A stretch of DNA of 32,000 nt, taken from the NCBI RefSeq assembly GCF_021378375.1, contig NZ_CP076228.1, positions 690,001-722,000 on the forward strand. Reading direction: 5' to 3'. The notes beneath the pieces are model-generated. The model was not told where the DNA came from. It searched no databases and saw nothing but the letters and a program-made list of their open reading frames with translations. Shown one piece after another: positions 18,157 to 26,434 of this stretch (the first letter of the stretch is position 1; each line of letters starts with the position of its first letter). The stretch comes from Wolbachia endosymbiont of Drosophila innubila. GTDB taxonomy: Bacteria > Pseudomonadota > Alphaproteobacteria > Rickettsiales > Anaplasmataceae. The position numbers and the translations under genes are program-made.

Positions 18157-18368
18157 CGTCATCCCGCTGCTTGTTAGCGGGATCTATGCTTTGAGATACC
18201 GCGAATGAATCGCGGTATGACGGTGTAGATGATGGTTAAGTATCCCGCTGCTTGTTAGCGGCTAAGAGATACCGCGAATGAATCGCGGTATGACGGTGTA
18301 ATGATGGTTAAGTAATTCGTCATTCCGCTACGTGTTAGCGGGATCTAGAGATACCGTGACGGTATGAC
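18157..18368. repeat. three tandem units of a double-hairpin palindromic repeat
   Basis: The unit is cgtcATCCCGCtgcttgttaGCGGGATct..agATACCGCGaatgaatCGCGGTATgacggtgta.atgatggttaagt. Unit 1 spans 18157-18240 and unit 2 spans 18241-18314. Unit 3 (18315-18368) is shortened. Hairpin stems are at 18161-18167/18177-18183 and 18196-18203/18211-18218. Confidence 0.8.
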
Positions 18369-19266
18369 AAGGGAGAACAGTTGTATTCCTGCACAATTTA
18401 TTCTCATGACAAAAACGTCTTAACTTTCTCTCTACTTTTTCTGGGTAAGGTCAATTTTGTGAAAAAATGGATTGAATTATAGGTAGATTTGGCTATTATT
18501 TGTAATACATGGGTATTGGATAAAATGTTTGAATTTAGTTCTGTGCTGCTAGCTCGAATTCAGTTTGCCTTCACAATAGGCTTTCACATTATATTTCCTG
18601 CTTTCACGATCGGGCTTGCAAGTTTTCTAGCCTTTTTGGAATGGTGTTGGCTTAAGACTGGTGATACACGTTTCCGTGATGTTTATAAATTCTGGATCAA
18701 GATTTTTGCCGTTGCTTTTGGCATGGGAGTGGTATCTGGAGTTGTAATGTCATATCAACTTGGTACCAATTGGTCGATTTTTTCTGACCGCATAGCCAAT
18801 GTTCTCGGCCCTCTATTTTCCTTTGAGGTTTTAACAGCCTTTTTTCTGGAGGCATCTTTTTTGAGTATTATGCTATTTGGATGGAATAGAGTAAGTTCTC
18901 GTATGCACTTTGCTTCTACTTGTATTGTTGCAGTGGGAACGCTTATTTCAGCTTTTTGGATTATTGCGGCCAACAGTTGGATGCAAACACCCGCTGGATT
19001 CACGATTGGTGAGAATGGTCTCCTATATCCAACCATGTGGTTAGAGATTATTTTTAATCCTTCTTTCCCTTATCGCTTTATTCATATGGTAACAGCAGCC
19101 TATCTTACAACAGCTTTTGTGGTTGGTGGTGTAGGAGCATTTTATCTTTGGAGAAAACGACATGCTCCTCAAGCAAGAATTATGCTTGGTATGGCAACCA
19201 TTATGGTAGCTTTAGCTGCACCATTTCAGCTGTTCATGGGAGATAGGCATGGATTAAATACACTAA

Positions 19267-20181
19267 GAGGTTGTCCGGAAACAAGTAAAAGGCTATAATA
19301 TCTGAAATTTTAGTACGGGGTAAAGATGAGAAAAAAGTATCCAACAGATCTAAGCGAAAGGGAATGGGCAAGAATAGAAAAACACTTCAGAGTATCATAC
19401 AAGAAAGGAGGAAGGCTGCCAAAGTATAGCAAAAAAGAAATATTAGAAGCAATTTTCTATGTATTGCGTACAGGGTGTCAATGGCGGTATTTACCAAATG
19501 ATTTTCCGCTATGGAAGACTGTGTATGAGCAGTTCAGGCAATGGAAGAAGCAGGGAATTTTTGAGAAAATGAATTATGAAATTACAAAATATAGTAGAAG
19601 AAAAATAGGAAAGAATGAGCAGCCGAGTGCCTGTATAGTAGATAGTCAATCTGTAAAGACTACAGAAAAGGGGGGATCAAAGCTATGATGGAAGTAAAAA
19701 GTAAAGGGTAGAAAAAGGCATATAATTACAGACACTCAGGGTTTTATACTAGGTTGTTACGTAGGCGCTGCTAACGAAAATGATAGAGATGGTATTAAAA
19801 TAGCATTAAACAATATGAGAACAAAATATACTAAAGTTAAAAAAAATGTGGGCTGACATGGGATACCAAGGAAGAAATTTAAAGAATCACATAAAGGAAG
19901 AATATGACATAGATATTGAAATTGTTAAAAGGCCTCCATGTAGATTTTGGGTGCACAAAGATACGCCACCTGAGCTACTACCAACAAGAGAACAAGGGTT
20001 TAAAGTACAGCCAAGAAGATGGGTTGTAGAAAGGACTTTTGCTTGGGTTAATAGGAATAGAAGGCTATCGAAGGAGTATGATTTACTCACAACATCCACT
20101 GAGAATTTCATATACCTAGCTATGAGTAGGGTTATGTTAAAGAGGGAATATGCTTGAATTTACTAGTTTCCGAACAACCTC
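19267..20181 (+). mobile_element. IS5-family insertion sequence (resembles the ISWpi1-type element of Wolbachia)
   Basis: Terminal inverted repeats are GAGGTTGTCCGGAAACAAGTAAA (left) and TTTACTAGTTTCCGAACAACCTC (right), matching at 21 of 23 positions. The element is flanked by direct TAA (19264-19266 and 20182-20184), or CTAA if the last C is not part of the IS. Internal DDE transposase ORFs are present. Confidence 0.9.
19326..20157 (+). pseudogene. IS5-family DDE transposase with an interrupted reading frame
   Basis: Track ORFs 19326-19688 (helix-turn-helix part, ...CIVDSQSVKTTEKGG) and 19846-20157 (MWADMGYQG...RWVVERTFAWVNRNRRLSKEY, the Y-R-E region). The main frame has TGA at 19686 and TAA at 19695. 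The YDGSKK motif is readable only in the +1 frame. A further frame change is needed at the A8 run at 19839-19846. Confidence 0.8.
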
Positions 20182-20841
20182 TAAAGCATCAACCTGCTAA
20201 GATTGCTGCAATGGAAGGTATATGGGAAACCGAAAAAGGGGCTGGCTTACTTTTATTTGCTTATCCGGATCAGCAAAATGAAATTAATCACTACGAGATA
20301 AAAATTCCTAATCTTGCCAGCTTGATCTTAACACATGATTTTTTAGGAGAAGTAAAAGGATTAAAGGAATGGAAAAAAGAAGATAGACCACCTGTAGTAT
20401 GGGTATTCTGGTCCTTCCGTATAATGGTTGGAGTTGGAATTTTAATGATCATAATTGGGTCAGTAAGTGTTATACAGTATCTTCGTGGCAAATTATTCCA
20501 AAGTTGTTTCTTACATGGATGGTGGATATCAATGATGCCGTCTGGGTTCATAGCGTTACTTGCAGGTTGGTTTACTACTGAAATTGGCCGTCAACCTTAC
20601 ACTGTATATGGAATTATGCGCACAATTGAATCATTTTCATCTGCGATTACCGGTCCTCAGGTTGCATGGTCTTTGATTGCATTTATCGTTATGTATACCC
20701 TTATATTTGGAGCAGGTAGTTACTATATTCTGAAACTTATATACAAAGGAATTCCTGTCATTAAAGAAGAAGAGCAATTTTATAAACACGGTATTGGAGC
20801 TTCAGTGATTGATGCTGGTACATCTGGAAAGGACAACAATC

Positions 20842-21864
20842 ATGTTTGATTTTTCTTCCTTAATTAATTTACCCCTAATCTGGGGATTACTAATTGCCAT
20901 AGCTGTTTTACTGTATATTTTAATGGATGGGTTTGATTTAGGTATTGGTATTTTACTTCCTTTTGCACCGTCAGATAAATGCCGTGATCACATGATAAGC
21001 TCAATTGCACCATTTTGGGATGGAAACGAAACATGGTTGGTATTGGGTGGTGGAGGGTTGTTTGCTGCTTTTCCTCTTGCATATTCAATATTAATGCCTG
21101 CTTTTTATATTCCAATCATTATTATGCTGCTTGGCCTTATAGTGCGCGGAGTATCCTTTGAGTTTCGTTTTAAGGCAGAAGGAAAATACAGGCGATTATG
21201 GGATTATGCCTTTCATTTTGGGTCACTTGGTGCTGCATTTTGCCAAGGCATGATTTTAGGTGCATTTATACATGGTGTAGAAGTAAACGGACGCAACTTT
21301 TCTGGTGGCCAATTTGATTGGGCAAGTGCTTTTAGTGTAATGACAGGCATTGCTGTGATATTTGGATATGCACTTTTAGGTTCTACATGGCTCATAATGA
21401 AGACAGAAAATATAACACAAGAATGGGCACGCAAGGTTGCTTCTTATACGCTTGGTTTTGTAGGTATTTTCATGGGACTAGTGAGTGTAGTGACACCATT
21501 TTTAAATGAACGTATTAAAAACTTTTGGTTTAGCATGCCAAATTTTTATTATTTATTTTCTATTCCATTACTCACATCTTGGCTATTTTTCATGCTGTGG
21601 TTTGATCTTCAGAATACTAAACGGGAGTACCGTCCATTCTTTCTCAGTATTGCTATTTTTTTTATGGGATATTTAGGTTTAGGAATTAGTATCTACCCAT
21701 GGATTATACCTTTTCAATATACCATTCTGGATGCAGCTGCTTCTGGGCCAAGTTTATCTTTAATGCTCATTGTTATAATACCGCTTTTACCAATCATTTT
21801 AACTTACACTGGTTATTGCTATTATGTCTTTCGTGGAAAATCAAATTATGAACACACATATTAA
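20842..21864 (+). CDS. cydB: cytochrome bd ubiquinol oxidase subunit II
   Basis: MFDFSSLINLPLIWGLLIAIAVLLYILMDGFDLGIGIL and WDGNETWLVLGGG are typical CydB. The start is set at the internal ATG at 20842, which overlaps the cydA stop (catgtttga). Confidence 0.92.
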   Translation: MFDFSSLINLPLIWGLLIAIAVLLYILMDGFDLGIGILLPFAPSDKCRDHMISSIAPFWDGNETWLVLGGGGLFAAFPLAYSILMPAFYIPIIIMLLGLIVRGVSFEFRFKAEGKYRRLWDYAFHFGSLGAAFCQGMILGAFIHGVEVNGRNFSGGQFDWASAFSVMTGIAVIFGYALLGSTWLIMKTENITQEWARKVASYTLGFVGIFMGLVSVVTPFLNERIKNFWFSMPNFYYLFSIPLLTSWLFFMLWFDLQNTKREYRPFFLSIAIFFMGYLGLGISIYPWIIPFQYTILDAAASGPSLSLMLIVIIPLLPIILTYTGYCYYVFRGKSNYEHTY

Positions 21865-22077
21865 GGAGTTAGTGACCTTATGGTTAAAACGTTACCCTTA
21901 AATCAAGCAGTTGTTCAGGCAATGGCGTCAACTCAAGAGCCTTCATTAGCAAACCCTCTTATGGATTTTCTGAAAAGTTTTTGAGTATATTGTATTTTTA
22001 ATTTGTAGAATAAGTTTTTTTCCTTTTTGCATGCTAACCAAAAAGGGTTCTGTCATCCTTCTTGTCATATAAGTAGC

Positions 22078-22107
22078 TTGACGCGGGCATTCAGTTTTCT
22101 TTATAAT
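22078..22107 (+). promoter_or_regulatory. candidate sigma70-type promoter for era
   Basis: TTGACG (22078-22083), 18-nt spacer, TATAAT (22102-22107). The era GTG start lies only 7 nt after the -10 element. Confidence 0.4.
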
Positions 22108-22114
22108 TTTCTTT

Positions 22115-22999
22115 GTGAAAGAACAAAGATGCTTATTTGTAACCATAGCTGGCTTACCAAATGCTGGGAAGTCTACATTAATTAACAGCATCATAGGCAA
22201 GAAAATTGCAATTGTCACCCCTAAAGTGCAAACAACAAGGACGCAAATAAGGGGTGTTGCAACATGCAACAACACACAAATTGTCTTTACTGACTCCCCA
22301 GGAATTTTCTCAGCAGAAACAAAACTTGAAAAAGCTTTAGTCAAATCTGCATGGTCGGCAGTTAAGGATAGTGACATCACTTTGTTGCTTGTTGATGTAA
22401 GCAATTATTTGAAAAATATAGAAAGAATTAAGACTATATTTATGCGGCTGCAGCGCACAAAAGGCAGATGCATTTTGGTTATCAATAAAACTGATTTGGT
22501 AAAAAGGCCTGAATTAAAGATGGCGCATGAGCATCTGAATTTGCTTTATAAATTTGAAAAGGTTTTTATGATATCAGCATTAAAGAATGATGGACTTTCT
22601 GATTTGATGAATTACTTGTCTGAAGTTGCATCGGTGAGCCCCTGGTTTTATGAAGAAGATCAAATAACCGATTCCTCGACAAATTTTTTATCAGCAGAAA
22701 TTACGAGAGAAAAATTATTCTTGAACTTGCGTGAAGAATTGCCATACTCTACAGCTGTTATAACTGAACAATTTGAGGAAAAAAAAGATAAGAGTTTAGT
22801 CATCAAACAGATCATATTTGTGTTGAAAGATAGTCATAAAAAAATAGTACTAGGAAAAGATGGCAGTAATATTAAAAAAATTAATATCGAAGCGCGTGCT
22901 GAACTAGAAAAATTATTTGAGTGCAAGGTACACCTCTTTTTATTTGTGAAAGTGCGACCTTGGATCGACCGTCCGGAGGAGTATATAGGCAATGCTTAA
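22115..22999 (+). CDS. era: GTPase Era
   Basis: G1 GLPNAGKST, G3 DSPG, G4 NKTD, and a C-terminal KH domain (VLGKDGSNIKKI). The start is GTG. Confidence 0.93.
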   Translation: MKEQRCLFVTIAGLPNAGKSTLINSIIGKKIAIVTPKVQTTRTQIRGVATCNNTQIVFTDSPGIFSAETKLEKALVKSAWSAVKDSDITLLLVDVSNYLKNIERIKTIFMRLQRTKGRCILVINKTDLVKRPELKMAHEHLNLLYKFEKVFMISALKNDGLSDLMNYLSEVASVSPWFYEEDQITDSSTNFLSAEITREKLFLNLREELPYSTAVITEQFEEKKDKSLVIKQIIFVLKDSHKKIVLGKDGSNIKKINIEARAELEKLFECKVHLFLFVKVRPWIDRPEEYIGNA

Positions 23000-23816
23000 T
23001 TCTTTATTGGTATTTGATATTGAAACTATACCAGATGTAAATTCCTGCAAAAATTTACTCAATATTAGTGATGATAGTAGTGTAGAAGAGAAGAGGGATG
23101 CATTAACAAAATATCATCTTGAAATAACAAACGGGCAAAACTCTTTTCTGCGTCAGCCTTTTCACCTTGTTGTAGTTATTAGTTTTTTACTTTGCAATAT
23201 AAGCTACCAGAGTGGTTATGAGGTGTTCACACTGCAAGAAATAAGATCTGGAGGCACACTAAATTCCAGTGAAAAGGAGCTAGTGAAAGGATTTTTTAAC
23301 TACATATCAGAGAAAAAGCCAAGATTAGTTTCGTTCAACGGACGCACTTTTGATATACCAGTGCTGAAGTATCGTGCTATGGTCCATGGCATTCAAGCAG
23401 AATATTTTCATAAAGCTGGCGATAAGTGGAATAGTTACAATCAGAGATATAGCAGTGATTGGCATTGTGATTTGCTTGAATCCCTCTCTGATTTTGGAGC
23501 TTCTGCGAGAGTAAAAATGAACGAAGTTTGTGCAGCATTTAATCTTCCTGGTAAGGTTGGAGTTGATGGGTCACAAGTTATGGACTTATACGATAGCGGC
23601 AAGATACAAGAGATTCGAGATTATTGTGAAACAGATGTAATTAACACTTATTTGATTTACTTAAGGTTCATGCATCATCAGGGAAGGATTACTACTGAAA
23701 GCTACAACAAAAGTGTGGAAGAGCTACTTTTAGAGTGCGAAAAAAAAGAATACCTAAAGAAATTTAAAGAAGAATGGCAAATAACTTGTGGTGGAAATTT
23801 TACTTCCATAGAATAA
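22992..23816 (+). CDS. RNase H-fold 3'-5' exonuclease related to the PolB exonuclease domain
   Basis: Exo I LVFDIETIPD, Exo II-like FNGRTFDIPVL, Exo III YCETDVINTY. The ATG overlaps the end of era by 8 nt. Confidence 0.75.
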   Translation: MLNSLLVFDIETIPDVNSCKNLLNISDDSSVEEKRDALTKYHLEITNGQNSFLRQPFHLVVVISFLLCNISYQSGYEVFTLQEIRSGGTLNSSEKELVKGFFNYISEKKPRLVSFNGRTFDIPVLKYRAMVHGIQAEYFHKAGDKWNSYNQRYSSDWHCDLLESLSDFGASARVKMNEVCAAFNLPGKVGVDGSQVMDLYDSGKIQEIRDYCETDVINTYLIYLRFMHHQGRITTESYNKSVEELLLECEKKEYLKKFKEEWQITCGGNFTSIE

Positions 23817-24018
23817 ATAGTCGAGTTATAATGCACTAACAAGCGAACCTCTCTACTAAATTTTGGTTAATATACACGTTGAGCATATTAAGAAAGTTGC
23901 TTTTAAGGTATTGCATTTTACTTTTATTTTTGTTATAAGGTTGCTTTAAGTTGAATTTTCAACATTTTTATACTATTTACATTTAAGATATGATTTCGAA
24001 ATTTTTTGGGGGCACTTC

Positions 24019-25998
24019 ATGAAAAAGTCTATGTATACTAGAACTGCTCTAGTTTCTTTATTAACTTTATGTTCTTTCAGCAGTTTTGCAGCTGACTTTC
24101 CTGATGAGAGTATGAAGGAAATAAAAAAGCAAGAGAGCACAAAAACTTCTGGAAAAGTGGAAGTTATGAAAACATCAAATAAAAAACTGAAAGAAAAGAT
24201 GGACAGAATATGTAATGCTGATCCAAGAAAAAAAGCTGAAGAGCTTAAGAAAAAAGAGGAGCTAAGATTAGCAGCCGAGCAGAAGAAAAAAGAGGAGATC
24301 AGGCTAGCAAATGAGAAAAAAGCAAAGCTTATAGAGGATTCAAAAGCGAAAGCTCTAAACGCTAAGAATTCTAATATAGAAAAAGGTAAAGTTTCAAAAA
24401 CTAAGCGTTCTAAAACTAAGAATGCTAAAGTTGAAGCTAAAGATGTAAAGAAGGATATAAAAGTTGTTAACAAAAATACAGAGGAAAAAGGTAAGGCAAG
24501 TCCTGTTGTTTCAGTTGGTGGAGTTGATATTATCGATACCAATCAAGGGCAAAGTAATTTAAGAATAACTTTTGGTGGTGTTGTTGATGCTCAAGGTTAT
24601 GGCAAAGCTGGACCAAGTGGCGCAGATTATAAACGTTATAACGTTATGCCAAACAGATCTACAGAGTATTATAATGCCACTTCAGATATAACAAGAGGAG
24701 CAAATCCAATATTCTATAAAGGAATAGGAAATATTGGTGATTACAGCAACGATATGGGTATGATTGCTGATGCAATATTGCACCTCAGAGCAGAAAATAA
24801 GAATGAAGATTTAGGTCTTCTTTATGGTGCTGACGTGCAGTTTCATGTTCCAGTGACCGAAGGTAAGGGAGCTTCACAGGGTGTTTATGCTGCAAAAGGC
24901 AGAAGTGCGCATGTGTTTGTTAACTCAAAATATGGTGACGTGAAGCTTGGTTACCAATTTGGTCCTGAGGCTCTGATGAGGCTTGATGCAACAAGAATTG
25001 CGACTGTTGACGGAGCTGCAGATAGTGACTGGTTCAGAAAAGTGAACTTAGAAGGAAGCGCTGCTAGCTTTCCATTTTATGTAACACCACGTCTTTACAC
25101 TGAAAGTTTTTCGAGTGAAAGTGAAAAATTCTCTTTCCGCATGGCAGGGAAATATAACAAAGGCGTTATGACTACACTGCCATTTAGAGTTGCTTACTAC
25201 TCACCAAATTATATGGGCGCAAGATTTGGTATCAGCTACTCACCTCGTTATGATAGTGGTTTGTTTACTGTAAAAGAAACAGTTTCAGAAGATAAAGGCG
25301 ATAAGATAGAACATAAGGAAACGATAAAGCATGTCGGCCCAGACTATGAGCACATAGTAAGTGCTGGTGCATCATATGAATATGACTTTGATAAACATAA
25401 CATAAAAGTTAAAACTTCTGCAGTTGGTGAATATGGCTTTCCAAAGCAACCAAGTAAAGATAAGCATCTTTATAAGGAATTTGTGGAGTATAATGACCTG
25501 ATGGGTGTTAATTTTGGTGTAAGCGCTGATTATAAGATTAATGAAGATCAAGGCGTAAAGTTTGCTGCCTCTTTTGCATACTTGGGCAAATCTGGTCAAC
25601 CGAAGGGTATTAAAAAATTAATTGGTAATACCTACACGGAAATTGATAGTAAAGATGATACTGATGGCAAAAGAGTGGAAGGGCTGAAAGCTCAATTTGG
25701 TAAAGATAGTATAGATACCATGTATTGGACTGTAGGAGCTGGGTATCAACATGAGAATATCTACACAAGTTTGACGTATTTTGGCAGCAGAATGAATGAC
25801 AAAGATATGCTTCATGATGGTGCACTTGGCGTTCAATATGATCTGTCTCCTGCATGCAGTAAGAGCAAATTTGTTCCTTACGCAGCTCTCCATTATTTTA
25901 TGACTAACGAAACAGGTAAGCTGAAAGATGAGTCTGATGCTGATGTACCTTCTAACCAAGGAATTCTCCTTCTTACTGGTGTGAAGTTTTCTTTCTAA
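24019..25998 (+). CDS. outer-membrane beta-barrel (porin-like) protein with a Lys/Glu-rich N-terminal extension
   Basis: Signal peptide MKKSMYTRTALVSLLTLCSFSSFA with a likely cleavage SFA|ADF. An extremely K/E-rich segment of about 130 aa follows (KKAEELKKKEELRLAAEQKKKEEIRLANEKKAKL...). After that come alternating aromatic/Gly beta-strand patterns, ending in the OMP C-terminal signature LLTGVKFSF. Confidence 0.75.
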   Translation: MKKSMYTRTALVSLLTLCSFSSFAADFPDESMKEIKKQESTKTSGKVEVMKTSNKKLKEKMDRICNADPRKKAEELKKKEELRLAAEQKKKEEIRLANEKKAKLIEDSKAKALNAKNSNIEKGKVSKTKRSKTKNAKVEAKDVKKDIKVVNKNTEEKGKASPVVSVGGVDIIDTNQGQSNLRITFGGVVDAQGYGKAGPSGADYKRYNVMPNRSTEYYNATSDITRGANPIFYKGIGNIGDYSNDMGMIADAILHLRAENKNEDLGLLYGADVQFHVPVTEGKGASQGVYAAKGRSAHVFVNSKYGDVKLGYQFGPEALMRLDATRIATVDGAADSDWFRKVNLEGSAASFPFYVTPRLYTESFSSESEKFSFRMAGKYNKGVMTTLPFRVAYYSPNYMGARFGISYSPRYDSGLFTVKETVSEDKGDKIEHKETIKHVGPDYEHIVSAGASYEYDFDKHNIKVKTSAVGEYGFPKQPSKDKHLYKEFVEYNDLMGVNFGVSADYKINEDQGVKFAASFAYLGKSGQPKGIKKLIGNTYTEIDSKDDTDGKRVEGLKAQFGKDSIDTMYWTVGAGYQHENIYTSLTYFGSRMNDKDMLHDGALGVQYDLSPACSKSKFVPYAALHYFMTNETGKLKDESDADVPSNQGILLLTGVKFSF

Positions 25999-26009
25999 CC
26001 AGCCAGTAC

Positions 26010-26031
26010 ACACCACAGTTAACTGTGGTGT
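26010..26031 (+). terminator. stem-loop terminator candidate after the porin-like gene
   Basis: ACACCACAG (26010-26018), loop TTAA, CTGTGGTGT (26023-26031), followed by attcttgt. A second AT-rich hairpin, gtttatttg/caaataaac, lies at 26048-26070. Confidence 0.5.
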
Positions 26032-26101
26032 ATTCTTGTCTGTTAGTGTTTATTTGTCGATCAAATAAACATATGGTGTCCTCTCTCCTGTCATCCCAGT
26101 G

Positions 26102-26316
26102 CGTGACACACAACTGTACGAACATTGTGATTTGAGGACACTCCACCAAGAAGGATGTCATCCCAGTGCCCAGACACTGGGATCCAGCTTTCCATGCAAC
26201 TTCATCAAAAGCGTTTGTTCAGCATAAGATCAGCCACTTTTTATGCTCACCAAATCAGTTTGCTTACTTACAAGCAAAATTTCCTGGATTCCAGTGTCAA
26301 GCACTGGAATGACACC
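26102..26316. repeat. one-ended copy of the MITE-like element
   Basis: Terminal repeat cgtgacacacaaCTGTACGAACATTG (26102-26127). Hairpin gatgtcatcccagtgcccagacactgggatccag (26154-26186). Hairpin ggattccagtgtcaagcactggaatgacaccc (26286-26316). No second terminal repeat is found downstream. The order matches the reverse complement of the 4285-4553 copy. Confidence 0.7.
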
Positions 26317-26434
26317 CTATGGTCACCGGAATGACGCTTTATGGCTACTTAGATGATGAGAAAAGAACACACTGCCCTTATTCTACTGGCCGTATAGCTA
26401 CTTTCAAATTTAATCAATTAAGCAGGAGGCCCCT

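Larger units (their letters stand above)
18525..20849 (+). pseudogene. cydA: cytochrome bd ubiquinol oxidase subunit I, interrupted by an IS5-family insertion
   Basis: The N-terminal part (MFEFSSVLLARIQFAFTIGFHIIFPAFTIG...FMGDRHGLNTL) ends at the IS boundary at 19266. The C-terminal part (KHQPAKIAAMEGIWETEKG...GRQPYTVYG...) resumes at 20185 in the same frame. Removing 19267-20181 plus one TAA copy gives the continuous sequence GLNTLKHQPAKIAAMEG. Confidence 0.9.

Noticed and set aside
18157-18368. Possible CRISPR array, given the regularly spaced palindromic repeats
   Set aside because: The units are directly contiguous with no unique spacers. There are only three decaying copies of about 54-84 bp, and no cas genes are nearby. 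This is a tandem palindromic repeat, not CRISPR.
21880-21984. Small ORF after cydB interpreted as cydX
   Set aside because: The peptide lacks the single hydrophobic helix that defines CydX/CydS-type subunits. It is kept only as a low-interest unannotated ORF.
21946-22404. 152-aa minus-strand ORF
   Set aside because: It overlaps the era G-domain coding region in antisense and runs through the era promoter. It has no motifs, whereas era is unambiguous.
23973-24542. 189-aa minus-strand ORF rich in Phe, Ser and Leu
   Set aside because: It is the antisense reading of the Lys/Glu-rich (AAG/GAA) segment of the porin-like gene, which automatically yields a long open TTC/CTT frame.
25372-26161. Several minus-strand ORFs (75, 81, 132 and 62 aa) over the 3' end of the porin-like gene and the repeat region
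   Set aside because: They are antisense to a well-supported beta-barrel frame with a canonical C-terminal Phe, or they lie within MITE sequence. None has a recognisable motif.
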